Sequence record: MG592671.1
Length of the DNA stretch: 64,000 nt
Strand: one strand, 5' to 3'
In this document: piece after piece, positions 44,538-53,692 of the stretch
How positions within the stretch are numbered: position 1 is the stretch's first letter
How the letters are laid out: each line of letters opens with the position of its first letter
The notes under the pieces: model-generated
Told to the model about the DNA's origin: nothing
The model's input: only the letters and a program-made list of their open reading frames with translations
Database searches by the model: none
Translations under genes and position numbers: made by a program

Positions 44538-45031
44538 TGAATTTTTTCCAAAGAATCAAGTACCGTTATATTAATGGTAAAGGTATTGAGAAGGCAGAAG
44601 AACTGTCTTCTTATATTAGCAATCTAGCGTCTGAGGTATCCGTAAGCGTTCAGTGTACTATTGAAATAGAACGTTCTTCTTCGATCTCTATGTTCATTTC
44701 CACTTATCCTCGAGTAATGCCTAGTATAAGTGGTGCGGGAAGTAACACCCCTAAGACAAAAGAACCAGAAATGGAATATTTGTCATATAAGTTCACTGTA
44801 AAGTCAGGTGATGAAATTATTATGTTAAGAGATATCTGCGGTATTACTGATATTAATAAAGAGAAATATTTCATAACTAAGCGACTCCAAGCTGAAGTTA
44901 TCAATAGAGACACGAAGAAACATTTTACAAAGATGATAGCACACCTAGAAGAACAATATCCAGAAGTACTTGCTGATATAGTACTCAACAATTTATTACC
45001 TGAAAAAGAGATTTATAGCGATGAAGATTAG
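44537..45031 (+). CDS. hypothetical protein, PEVxADxVLN C-terminal motif
   Basis: HLEEQYPEVLADIVLN. Confidence 0.7.
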   Translation: MNFFQRIKYRYINGKGIEKAEELSSYISNLASEVSVSVQCTIEIERSSSISMFISTYPRVMPSISGAGSNTPKTKEPEMEYLSYKFTVKSGDEIIMLRDICGITDINKEKYFITKRLQAEVINRDTKKHFTKMIAHLEEQYPEVLADIVLNNLLPEKEIYSDED

Positions 45032-45479
45032 CCACGTACTGAAGTGTCTTATTTGTATGCTCCCTGGAGGGGAAGAGAAATACAAAGTAGCAGGCGAAAA
45101 CATTCGTTTGTATGAAATGTCTAAAAACTTAGAGCATATCAAAACTGAATTGCGCAAAGAATTCTATGAGCATGACATAGATATTTCGATTACTCCAATA
45201 GCTGACGGTGTTGATAATTTCCGGCTTAAAGTTGAGCATGACTACGATAATTACTTTAAAGTAATTCGCGACTTTACAAATAAAGAACTTTCAAACACTG
45301 AAAATATTACTAATATCATCAAAGGACTCACTATAACTCTAAAGTCAGAGATTTTTCGTAGTGAGGTATACGCATCTCAAGAAAGTATGCTCAAACACTT
45401 AGACGCAAACTGGCCTGAAGTTGTTGCTGATCTAGTCCTAAACGATTTATATCACCCTCCATGTAAAGACGATGAGTAG
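45021..45479 (+). CDS. hypothetical protein, PEVxADxVLN C-terminal motif
   Basis: HLDANWPEVVADLVLN. Confidence 0.7.
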   Translation: MKISHVLKCLICMLPGGEEKYKVAGENIRLYEMSKNLEHIKTELRKEFYEHDIDISITPIADGVDNFRLKVEHDYDNYFKVIRDFTNKELSNTENITNIIKGLTITLKSEIFRSEVYASQESMLKHLDANWPEVVADLVLNDLYHPPCKDDE

Positions 45480-45540
45480 CTAATACTCCGTTATTATATG
45501 TTATAATAAGCTGTAAGTTAAACTATTTAGAGAACATTCT

Positions 45541-45903
45541 ATGTCTACACAAGAAACTCCAGATTATTCAAAAGATGCTATTCCTGCAGGAACGATTGTT
45601 ATCACCAGAGGAGGCTGGGAAGACAATTTGTATACAGTTGAAGACCTCCAGTACATGCGCGAAGTAAACGTTGGTCAGCTATTCCGAGCAGTTGCGAGAT
45701 ACTACAATAAATCTAAAAAAGATTATGGCAATCTTTGGCCTCGAGCAGCAACTCCGTTAGGCGAAATATCAAAAGCATATAAGCTCATTGAAAGTGAAAT
45801 TATGAATCAGCGTAACGATTATGACAAGCTCGTTATGGTGTGCGCGCAATTAGGCGAAGATGTTCCAATGATGATTGAAACTAACCAAGAAACAAACGAA
45901 TAA
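45541..45903 (+). CDS. hypothetical protein
   Basis: after TGTTATAAT near 45499. Confidence 0.65.
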   Translation: MSTQETPDYSKDAIPAGTIVITRGGWEDNLYTVEDLQYMREVNVGQLFRAVARYYNKSKKDYGNLWPRAATPLGEISKAYKLIESEIMNQRNDYDKLVMVCAQLGEDVPMMIETNQETNE

Positions 45904-45913
45904 GGATAATATT

Positions 45914-46093
45914 ATGGCCAAGGAAAAGGCAGAAATTCAAGAAAAGAAAGTTCCAGAACCAATGCACACTTATAAAGAAACTGCAATTCATCCTGAGACA
46001 GGTGAAGAGTACACGTATACAGTGAGTGTGTACGCTCCGGAACCAAATCCAAACGAAGGATTAAACCCAGCGTATGCATACGGCGGAGGTTAA
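45914..46093 (+). CDS. small hypothetical protein
   Basis: ATG 45914 with AAGGA RBS. Confidence 0.55.
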   Translation: MAKEKAEIQEKKVPEPMHTYKETAIHPETGEEYTYTVSVYAPEPNPNEGLNPAYAYGGG

Positions 46094-46105
46094 TCCTCTG
46101 CCCTT

Positions 46106-46630
46106 GTGAGGTTAAAAATGCGTAATTGTTCTAAAGACCGCTTTGGTCATTTTATGTCAACAAAGCATGCTCGCGCCGTAGAGCGTAAGAGAGATGCTAC
46201 TTCATATAAAGCTCACCGAGCCGGGTATGTTAATCATCACAATGCATGCGTTGCGTACTATCAACGACAAACCATAGATGATGTAATTAGTATTGGCACT
46301 ATTGGTCGTGGTCTAGGTAAGGCTTACTTACTTGACCCTGTCGTGTATATGTTTCCGAGCATTATGTCAACCTCTAAACCTGATACTTGTGTAGAAATGG
46401 AAATAGCCGAGAAGCTAAGACCACTACACAAGGAAGCTTGTGGTTGTAATCGATTTCGTATCAAACTTATTGATACTCAAGAGAATACTACAGAAGCACA
46501 CGAAACTATCAATGGCATGAAATTTACTTTTCCTAAGACTAGATATCGATATAAGTTCTTTGTGCGTTGCGTTGATCATGAAGCATTTGGTGTGACTTTA
46601 TCTTTAGATCCTGAATGGGGAGAAATGTAA
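46106..46630 (+). CDS. hypothetical protein
   Basis: ORF; start GTG 46106 or ATG 46118 after GAGG. Confidence 0.6.
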   Translation: MRLKMRNCSKDRFGHFMSTKHARAVERKRDATSYKAHRAGYVNHHNACVAYYQRQTIDDVISIGTIGRGLGKAYLLDPVVYMFPSIMSTSKPDTCVEMEIAEKLRPLHKEACGCNRFRIKLIDTQENTTEAHETINGMKFTFPKTRYRYKFFVRCVDHEAFGVTLSLDPEWGEM

Positions 46631-47055
46631 TGGTAATTACAGTAAACTTTTTTGAGTTATATGTAATTGGTGCAGCAATAGTAGCTGGCGTTATTTTCAG
46701 TGTTGCAATGATTGGCTACATTACTAGTGTTGTTAACTGGTACAAGATTTTCACCTCAGGTGAAAAAGTTCCTAAACAAGTAAACGGCATGAAGATATTT
46801 GGCGTGCAGTTCTATATTTGGTCTGACTCAGATTGGGGAGGCACTCCGCCTATCTCCCCAGGTCGTGCAGTATTTTGCTTTTTACCGTTTTTTATCAGCG
46901 GTGCTATTAGTTCTGTGATACTAGGAGCAACGTGGTTTATTTTTATCCCTATATATACTTTCGTTATAAGAGCTGAAGCTAAACGTGCAGCTAACACAAC
47001 AGATACTGTTGTTGTGAAGACTTCTAATAAGACTGATTGCGCAGGACCTCTATAA
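46630..47055 (+). CDS. multi-TM membrane protein
   Basis: hydrophobic segments; TAATG coupling. Confidence 0.65.
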   Translation: MVITVNFFELYVIGAAIVAGVIFSVAMIGYITSVVNWYKIFTSGEKVPKQVNGMKIFGVQFYIWSDSDWGGTPPISPGRAVFCFLPFFISGAISSVILGATWFIFIPIYTFVIRAEAKRAANTTDTVVVKTSNKTDCAGPL

Positions 47056-47723
47056 TGAAGTTCTACCAAATTCCCGTTATATTCATTGAAGATTCAAGAG
47101 ACGGCAACGGGAGCTTCTCGATAGATACATATAGATTTACTGAAGATAATATTTTTATTACCATCAGTGAAGATGAAATGTTTGATTTGACGATGCTTGG
47201 CGCTGGGTTTTATGGTGTCTTAGGCTTGCATATTGAATCGAAAACTGTAATCTTAGGAACGGCTGGTGACGTTTCTGAGTCAGCTGGTGAATGCTTAGGT
47301 GTGCCTATTTATGGTCCTTGGGGGAAGAACGGCCAAGTGTGGTCTACGAGTAACATGTTGGATTGGTATGAACCTACATATCCAAAGTTAGATAACGAGG
47401 AAACTAATAAAGAACACGATATAAGTCATATGTATGATGTATTGGAAAGCCGTTTTCAATTTGCATATAAACAGCTTATGATACGTGTACTTAATCAGTT
47501 TCGTCAAGACGTGCGCGATAGTGATAACTCGTACGAAAATAACATAGCATCTTCTATGGGTAGTTCGTCAGTATGCAGAAACTACGCGTTAGAGCATGTA
47601 GGTAACTTCTTAAACACAACGTTGTTTAAAAGTGTTTGGTATGACATGTTGTACCAAACACCAGAAATATATCGAATAATAGAAGATTTAAAAACTCGCA
47701 TCTCTCAACAAATAAAAGCATAG
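47055..47723 (+). CDS. hypothetical protein
   Basis: TAATG coupling, ATG 47055. Confidence 0.65.
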   Translation: MKFYQIPVIFIEDSRDGNGSFSIDTYRFTEDNIFITISEDEMFDLTMLGAGFYGVLGLHIESKTVILGTAGDVSESAGECLGVPIYGPWGKNGQVWSTSNMLDWYEPTYPKLDNEETNKEHDISHMYDVLESRFQFAYKQLMIRVLNQFRQDVRDSDNSYENNIASSMGSSSVCRNYALEHVGNFLNTTLFKSVWYDMLYQTPEIYRIIEDLKTRISQQIKA

Positions 47724-47774
47724 TCATAGATCTTAGTAGGAGCACTTGCTCCTCATTAACAAGAGAGGATTTTT

Positions 47775-48950
47775 ATGGCAGCCAATACCCACCTAGAACA
47801 TCTTGAAGATTATGTTCTAACCGACATTGATCATTGCATCAACATCATCACAGACATTTCTAGTCACAACGTACGAACTATAAGTACAATTAAGTACGAT
47901 GGTAGTCCTGCGATCATATTCGGTCATAATCCAGATAACGGCATGTTCTTTTTAGGCACTAAATCGGTGTTTAACAAAACACCTAAAATCAACTATAGTG
48001 TATCTGATATTTTACAAAATCATTCTAAATCTAAAGGTCTTATGGATAAGCTAGTGTATATCTATGCTTATCTAGATAAACATAAATCTCAGTTTCCTGG
48101 TATATACCAGGCAGACTTAATGTGTACTGCTGACGATATAGTGTATAGAGAAGAAGTGACTGAGAGTGATTATTTGGGAAGAACCACTATTGCAAAGCAT
48201 CTAAACTTTAGTCCTAATACTCTAACATATCACGTGCTTAATGAAAAACTCATCGATGATATAAAAAATGCCAAAATGACAATAGCAGTCCATACGCAGT
48301 ATGATTCACTTACAAATCCAACTCCAATTTTTATCACAGGATCAACTGATGCTCAAGTCATCAATGATGATATTGTAATGCTTCCTATCCAAGTCCCTAT
48401 TACGAATATACAAACCAATAAATGGACTTATGGTAGAATAATCAAGAAGTATCAAGAATTGGATCCTGTATTGTTAGCTGAATTTAGCAATACAGAGTAT
48501 CCGGAGTTGTTTAAGATTTTCGAAAATCATATCATAAAAACTGAAGGGGAACAGATTAAAGGGAGAGGCACTAAGGATGACCAAGGGCCTAATTCAGATT
48601 GCTTTTTAAGTTGGATAATTGATCGAAGAGTCAATAACATAAAAAATCTAAAAACTACAGCTGGTAAATTGAAATACCACAAACTAATGCATGATGATAT
48701 TGAATTTTGGACACGCAAGGATATGCAAAAATTCTTTAATGAATTAATGATATTGCGCAGTGAGGTTATAAGCTTTAAGGTTAGTATTGCGCACGTTTTA
48801 GATCTAACAGATAAAAACTTCAACATCAAAGCTGGAGATTCAAAAACAAGACACGAAGGTTTTGTAGTCAGTACTGACTCTTGGCGATTTAAATTGGTGC
48901 ATAGAGAAGAATTTTCTAGACTCAATTTCTTAAAAGGGAAGTATCAATAA
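47775..48950 (+). CDS. ligase-like nucleotidyltransferase-fold protein (NTHLEHLED / KxDG family, DUF6267-like)
   Basis: NTHLEHLED, KYDGSPAI, GTKSVFNK.PKIN, YQADL, HEGFV, FKLV.R.EFSRLNF. Confidence 0.65.
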   Translation: MAANTHLEHLEDYVLTDIDHCINIITDISSHNVRTISTIKYDGSPAIIFGHNPDNGMFFLGTKSVFNKTPKINYSVSDILQNHSKSKGLMDKLVYIYAYLDKHKSQFPGIYQADLMCTADDIVYREEVTESDYLGRTTIAKHLNFSPNTLTYHVLNEKLIDDIKNAKMTIAVHTQYDSLTNPTPIFITGSTDAQVINDDIVMLPIQVPITNIQTNKWTYGRIIKKYQELDPVLLAEFSNTEYPELFKIFENHIIKTEGEQIKGRGTKDDQGPNSDCFLSWIIDRRVNNIKNLKTTAGKLKYHKLMHDDIEFWTRKDMQKFFNELMILRSEVISFKVSIAHVLDLTDKNFNIKAGDSKTRHEGFVVSTDSWRFKLVHREEFSRLNFLKGKYQ

Positions 48951-49282
48951 TGACAACTATTACTGATAGATGGGGTAAAAAGATAGAAGTGGAGGGATCA
49001 GAGCCGTATACAGTGGACTATACAGTAGATCAAGTTCGACAATATGCTCATGTCTGGGCTCGCCATAACTCTGCTGGCGCGCATTTTAAAGATATGATGA
49101 AATTTTGTGAATATTACAATGAAAAGCGAACAGCGATTCTTTGGGAAACTGGGTTCGAAGATTGGGCATTTAACTTTGAGTTTATCAAAGACAGTGCTGT
49201 GTTATATGTAACAATCCATGATTGGTACACATTACTGCCAGATGAGCACAAAGTGACCTTAGGTTTAGGAGGCTGGGAATGA
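48950..49282 (+). CDS. small protein, W..LPDE..VTL tail family member 1
   Basis: DWYTLLPDEHKVTLGLGGWE. Confidence 0.7.
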   Translation: MTTITDRWGKKIEVEGSEPYTVDYTVDQVRQYAHVWARHNSAGAHFKDMMKFCEYYNEKRTAILWETGFEDWAFNFEFIKDSAVLYVTIHDWYTLLPDEHKVTLGLGGWE

Positions 49283-49611
49283 AAAACTTCACATACAGGG
49301 AAGTAAAAGAGTACAACGTTACATACATAGTTAATGACATTGACCAAATTGCAAGCTCTACTGGAGAATACTACCATACTAATAAACTCACTGAAAAATA
49401 CCAACCTATGTGGGACTATTGCTATGATAAACTAGTTTTGAATCATAGTGTGATACGAGATACTGACTTTGCAGATAAACATTGGAGTCTGAATGACGAC
49501 GGTTGTCACGGAGAACACTTTACTACAATATATTGTGGTATGTGTGAATGGTTTGAAACTTTATCAGTCGACGAGAAAGTAACAGTCACATTATTAGGAT
49601 TTAGCTTATGA
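49279..49611 (+). CDS. tail family member 2
   Basis: EWFETLSVDEKVTVTLLGFSL. Confidence 0.7.
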   Translation: MKNFTYREVKEYNVTYIVNDIDQIASSTGEYYHTNKLTEKYQPMWDYCYDKLVLNHSVIRDTDFADKHWSLNDDGCHGEHFTTIYCGMCEWFETLSVDEKVTVTLLGFSL

Positions 49612-49943
49612 CGCCAGAATTTGTTTTGAAATGTTTATCATATTACAATGACGGCTACCGTTGTTTTATGCTACCCCCTGCAGGGATGCCTAGCGATGTT
49701 CGTGCATTCTTTCGTTCTAAAATCGGCGAAAGAGATGCCGATGGCGTATTGATAAAATATTGTGTTGACTCTTATACTACATTCCACGAGTCTCTACCAG
49801 GAACTGAGTATGATGATGGCTTTTGTGTATTAAGAAACGAGTCAAGAATGTATACTGATATGTACCCCCGTCTTTATAAGTGGTTCCATGAACTTCCAGA
49901 TGAAGATCAAGTGACTTTGACATTACTAGGAGCTTCGTTATGA
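49608..49943 (+). CDS. tail family member 3
   Basis: KWFHELPDEDQVTLTLLGASL; recent duplicate of next gene. Confidence 0.8.
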   Translation: MTPEFVLKCLSYYNDGYRCFMLPPAGMPSDVRAFFRSKIGERDADGVLIKYCVDSYTTFHESLPGTEYDDGFCVLRNESRMYTDMYPRLYKWFHELPDEDQVTLTLLGASL

Positions 49944-50275
49944 CGCCAGAATTTGTTTTGAGATGTTTGCTATATTTTAATGATGGATATCGTTGTTATA
50001 TGGTAACCCCTGCAGGGATGCCTAAAGACGTTGAGGCATTCTTTCTTTCTAGAAGCGGCAATAACGATGCTGATGATATTTTGATAAATTATTGTGTCGA
50101 TTCCTGTAATTCATTTTATGTTTCTTTATCTGGAACTGAGTATGATGATGGCTTTAAGATACTAGGGGAAAAGCATAGTACCTATACTGAGTTTTACCCC
50201 CGTCTTTATAAGTGGTTCCATGAACTTCCAGATGAAGATCAAGTGACTTTGACATTACTAGGAGCTTCGTTATGA
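49940..50275 (+). CDS. tail family member 4
   Basis: last 83 bp including junction identical to member 3 (49863-49945 = 50195-50277). Confidence 0.8.
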   Translation: MTPEFVLRCLLYFNDGYRCYMVTPAGMPKDVEAFFLSRSGNNDADDILINYCVDSCNSFYVSLSGTEYDDGFKILGEKHSTYTEFYPRLYKWFHELPDEDQVTLTLLGASL

Positions 50276-50700
50276 CGGCTAAAGAAGAACTACGCAAGAT
50301 AGTCCAAATACAATTCAATTTGTATCAAGGGGCAATGTACTTCTATAATGAAGATATGTTCTTCTGCTGGGATGAAGCTCGTACGTTCTGCGATGACAAT
50401 GATCTAGATTCAACTGACTTAGTGGATGCGGCTGCTCAGGAAATGACTAATCGCTATATCAGGTTAGTTAAGAAACTTAGAGATTATAGGCAGGAACTCA
50501 AGCCTGCTAAAGTGAATGCTGATTATGCTCACAGTGCAGAAGTAAAGAAAGACTGGGCAGAAAATGTTTGGCACAGAGCAAAGTACGTTCAAGACAAATG
50601 TGTAGTTATGGAAACTATATTGCGAGATATGGAACCAATGGTTTCTATGTCGTTTACAGATGACGAAGTGGTATATTATTCACTAACATATTTGGAGTAG
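50272..50700 (+). CDS. hypothetical protein
   Basis: ATGA coupling; ends FTDDEVVYYSLTYLE. Confidence 0.65.
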   Translation: MTAKEELRKIVQIQFNLYQGAMYFYNEDMFFCWDEARTFCDDNDLDSTDLVDAAAQEMTNRYIRLVKKLRDYRQELKPAKVNADYAHSAEVKKDWAENVWHRAKYVQDKCVVMETILRDMEPMVSMSFTDDEVVYYSLTYLE

Positions 50701-50702
50701 GT

Positions 50703-50969
50703 ATGACACAAGAAGAAATAGCTCAAGTACGAGATCTGCGAGATCAAGCAAATGAAATGCATGCTTCCTCGCAAGAGTTAGAAAGTATTGCATACTCGTA
50801 TAAGCAGCAATCTGATGAGTTAGCAACACAAGCAAAGAAACAATGTACGCACCCAAGCTTTTACATAGAAAAAGATACTTGGGGTCATCGTTGTGGTATA
50901 TGTGGTAAGTACGGTAGATATAACCCGGGGATATTTGGAGATAAGGAGTTACATTTTGGCAGTAGATAA
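50703..50969 (+). CDS. coiled-coil protein with C-terminal Cys/His zinc ribbon
   Basis: CTHP...HRCGICG. Confidence 0.6.
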   Translation: MTQEEIAQVRDLRDQANEMHASSQELESIAYSYKQQSDELATQAKKQCTHPSFYIEKDTWGHRCGICGKYGRYNPGIFGDKELHFGSR

Positions 50970-50979
50970 AATCAGATCA

Positions 50980-51279
50980 ATGAAGTTTCGTCAATACTAC
51001 GCTCCACATATCCAAAATTTTAAAGTCCAAGTGCATATTGAAGTGGATGAAATATCACTTATGACTTTAGAACTGCTTGGCTTAGATGGTAAGACTTATA
51101 TGTGGTTTGATAATTATCGTTACGGAGATACAGCTAGCCCTCTTGTTGGTCTCATGATTACACCAAATTACAAAGAGCCAGAATGGATGGAACTCGATGA
51201 TGTATTTGATGAAGAAACTAAAAACCTGTTCCTATTGAACTTGGAAATGGAAATGAGCGACAAAGGCTTGTCGTACTAA
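50980..51279 (+). CDS. hypothetical protein
   Basis: likely ATG 50980. Confidence 0.5.
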   Translation: MKFRQYYAPHIQNFKVQVHIEVDEISLMTLELLGLDGKTYMWFDNYRYGDTASPLVGLMITPNYKEPEWMELDDVFDEETKNLFLLNLEMEMSDKGLSY

Positions 51280-51280
51280 A

Positions 51281-51320
51281 TGTTATAATAATTTATAAGC
51301 AGCACAGGATAACGCTGCGG
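51281..51320 (+). promoter_or_regulatory. extended -10 promoter (TGnTATAAT) + leader hairpin upstream of nrdA
   Basis: TGTTATAAT then GCAGC...GCTGC; same TGTTATAA element at 4052, 4528, 6540, 8401, 16077, 19061, 42421, 56101. Confidence 0.6.
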
Positions 51321-51361
51321 CGCAGGAAGGATAAATATCCCACCTAAACAAGGAGAGTTAA

Positions 51362-53641
51362 ATGATTAAAAATGTTATTAAGAGAAATGGCGAAACGGTT
51401 CCGTTTGACGCAGAAAAACTCAATCGATGGGCAGAGTATGCTACTAAAATGAAAGTGAACTGGTCAGAGATTGTTTTTAATACTGTTGAAAAGTTACACG
51501 ATAATGTTACAACTCTTCAAATTCATCAAGCAATGATTGATGCTTGTACTGATAAAAAGAAAGAAGAATATTTAAATGTAGCAGCTAGGTTACTCCGTGG
51601 GGACTTATACAAGAACGTATACGGCTCTGAAGTTCCAGATGCATTTAGTACGACATATGCCAAATTAGTGCGTGATGGTTTTTGGGAAGATTTCAACCTA
51701 ACAGCAGATGAACTAGAAATTCTAGATGCAACTGTTGATTATACGCAAGACAAAACATACGAATACGCCAGCTTATGTCAATTTATTGACAAGTATGCCA
51801 TCTCAAAATACATTAACGGCAAAAAGATGCCTGTTGAAACACCTCAAGTAGCGCTGATGGGGATTGCGTTAGCATTGTTTAAGAATGATTCCATGACACA
51901 CGTTGTGAACTTTTACAATATTATTAAAAAACGAACCATTAACATTGCAACCCCGATTATGGCTGCAGCCCGAACTGGTGAGAATGGCTTTGCGTCATGC
52001 TTTGTGACCACATCAGGTGATACATTAGATAGTATTATGGCAGGTAATAACCTAGCATATCGAATGACTGCAAATAGAGCTGGTATTGGCTTTGAGCATG
52101 ATATTAGATCTGTTGGTGATATTGTAGGTAATGATAAGTGTAAACACGCTGGTAAGATTCCACACTACAAAATGCTTGTTGAGACTATTAAGTCAGTAAC
52201 ACAAGGCGTACGTGGTGGTGCTGCTACTGTTTCGTTCAACTGCCTAGATCCAGAAATCGAAGACTTGCTACGTCTAAAACACCCAACAACACCGTTAGCT
52301 AAACGTGTTGAATTAATGGATTATTCTTTAGTATTCAATGAAGAATTTCGTAAGCGTGTTGCTAAGAATGAAGACTGGCTACTAGTATCTAAAGTACAAG
52401 CTCCTGATCTGCATCAAGCATTTTATGAGAACCGTGATAAGTTCCCTGAGTTACTAGCATCGTACCTTGCACCTCATTCAGGTCGAATTGCCTCGTTCTT
52501 AACTGAAGGTACTCCAAAGAAAGCTATTGGTACTGTGGTTAAAGCTCGTGACATTGCAGCTTTATATCTTACGCAACGACAGGATACTGGGCGCGTATAC
52601 TCGTTTAACGTTGATCATTCGAATGATCATACTCCGTTTAAAGAGACTATTCGTTTAAGTAACTTATGTCATGAGATACATTTGCCGACACGTCCTTATT
52701 CAAGCCCAGTTGCTCTAGATAAGCAACATGGTTTTGGTAACGACGGCTTGGTTGGTCTTTGTTTCTTACTTGCGTTAGATGTAGGTAAGATTATATCAGA
52801 CGACGAGTATAAGCAGGCTGCTTACTACGCTGCTCGTGCTCTAGATAATATCATTACTAATATGTTCTACCCGTACGAAACACTTCGTGAAGTTGGTGAG
52901 AAGTATAGATCAATTGGTGTTGGCATTACAAACCTAGCTTATCATATGGCTAAAGAAGATCTACTTTATTCTGAAGAAGAGGGTAGAAACGAGATTCACT
53001 GGATAGCAGAACGTCATGCATATATGATGTATCAGGCGTCAAATAGCCTAGCAGAAGAGCGTGGTGTATTTGAATGGTACAACGAAACCAAATACGCAGA
53101 CGGTTACTTGATTATTGACTCTTACAACAAAGAAGTTGATAATCATCACTCAGCAAAAGTCGTATACGACTGGGAAGGCTTGCGTACACAAGTTGCTAAA
53201 CACGGCTTACGCTTCTCAACTCACACAGCTCATATGCCGACAGAAAGTTCCGCAGTATGGGGTTACTCAGCAAATGGCGTATATCCTATTCGTAGTGGTA
53301 TGGTGTTAAAGCAGCGCCCTGAAGGAATTGTTCCTTTCCTTCCACCTGAGTACGAAAAGCTTCAATATGCTTATCAGTTCGCTTGGGATGTCAGTACGAA
53401 AGATTTGGCAAAATGCTATGCCATTCTTCAGAAGTACTGTGATCAGGGTATCTCGGCTGATGAATATATTGACTTTAATCAACGCAAAGATGGAAAGTCA
53501 TCAATGAAGGAAATGATGCAAGATTGGATGTTCTGGTATAAGCTAGGTCTTAAAACAATCTACTATAAAAATACAAAAACAGAAACAACTGATGATAGTA
53601 TTAGTGGCGATGACGACGGGTGTAGTTCGTGTAAGCTGTAG
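51362..53641 (+). CDS. nrdA: ribonucleoside-diphosphate reductase class Ia alpha subunit with ATP-cone
   Basis: VIKRNG ATP-cone, ATPIM, ASCF, QGVRGGA, SNLCHEI, HMPTESS, GLKTIYY, C-terminal CSSC. Confidence 0.95.
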   Translation: MIKNVIKRNGETVPFDAEKLNRWAEYATKMKVNWSEIVFNTVEKLHDNVTTLQIHQAMIDACTDKKKEEYLNVAARLLRGDLYKNVYGSEVPDAFSTTYAKLVRDGFWEDFNLTADELEILDATVDYTQDKTYEYASLCQFIDKYAISKYINGKKMPVETPQVALMGIALALFKNDSMTHVVNFYNIIKKRTINIATPIMAAARTGENGFASCFVTTSGDTLDSIMAGNNLAYRMTANRAGIGFEHDIRSVGDIVGNDKCKHAGKIPHYKMLVETIKSVTQGVRGGAATVSFNCLDPEIEDLLRLKHPTTPLAKRVELMDYSLVFNEEFRKRVAKNEDWLLVSKVQAPDLHQAFYENRDKFPELLASYLAPHSGRIASFLTEGTPKKAIGTVVKARDIAALYLTQRQDTGRVYSFNVDHSNDHTPFKETIRLSNLCHEIHLPTRPYSSPVALDKQHGFGNDGLVGLCFLLALDVGKIISDDEYKQAAYYAARALDNIITNMFYPYETLREVGEKYRSIGVGITNLAYHMAKEDLLYSEEEGRNEIHWIAERHAYMMYQASNSLAEERGVFEWYNETKYADGYLIIDSYNKEVDNHHSAKVVYDWEGLRTQVAKHGLRFSTHTAHMPTESSAVWGYSANGVYPIRSGMVLKQRPEGIVPFLPPEYEKLQYAYQFAWDVSTKDLAKCYAILQKYCDQGISADEYIDFNQRKDGKSSMKEMMQDWMFWYKLGLKTIYYKNTKTETTDDSISGDDDGCSSCKL

Positions 53642-53649
53642 TACAAACA

Positions 53650-53672
53650 AGGGGCTAGGAAGCCCCTTTTTT
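53650..53672 (+). terminator. intrinsic terminator between nrdA and nrdB
   Basis: AGGGGCT-AGGA-AGCCCCT + T-tract. Confidence 0.65.
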
Positions 53673-53692
53673 AAACCTATATGGAGATTATA

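Noticed and set aside
49608-50277. Diversity-generating retroelement TR/VR pair
   Set aside because: The shared 83 bp is identical rather than adenine-mutated, both copies are in intact ORFs, and no reverse transcriptase is seen.
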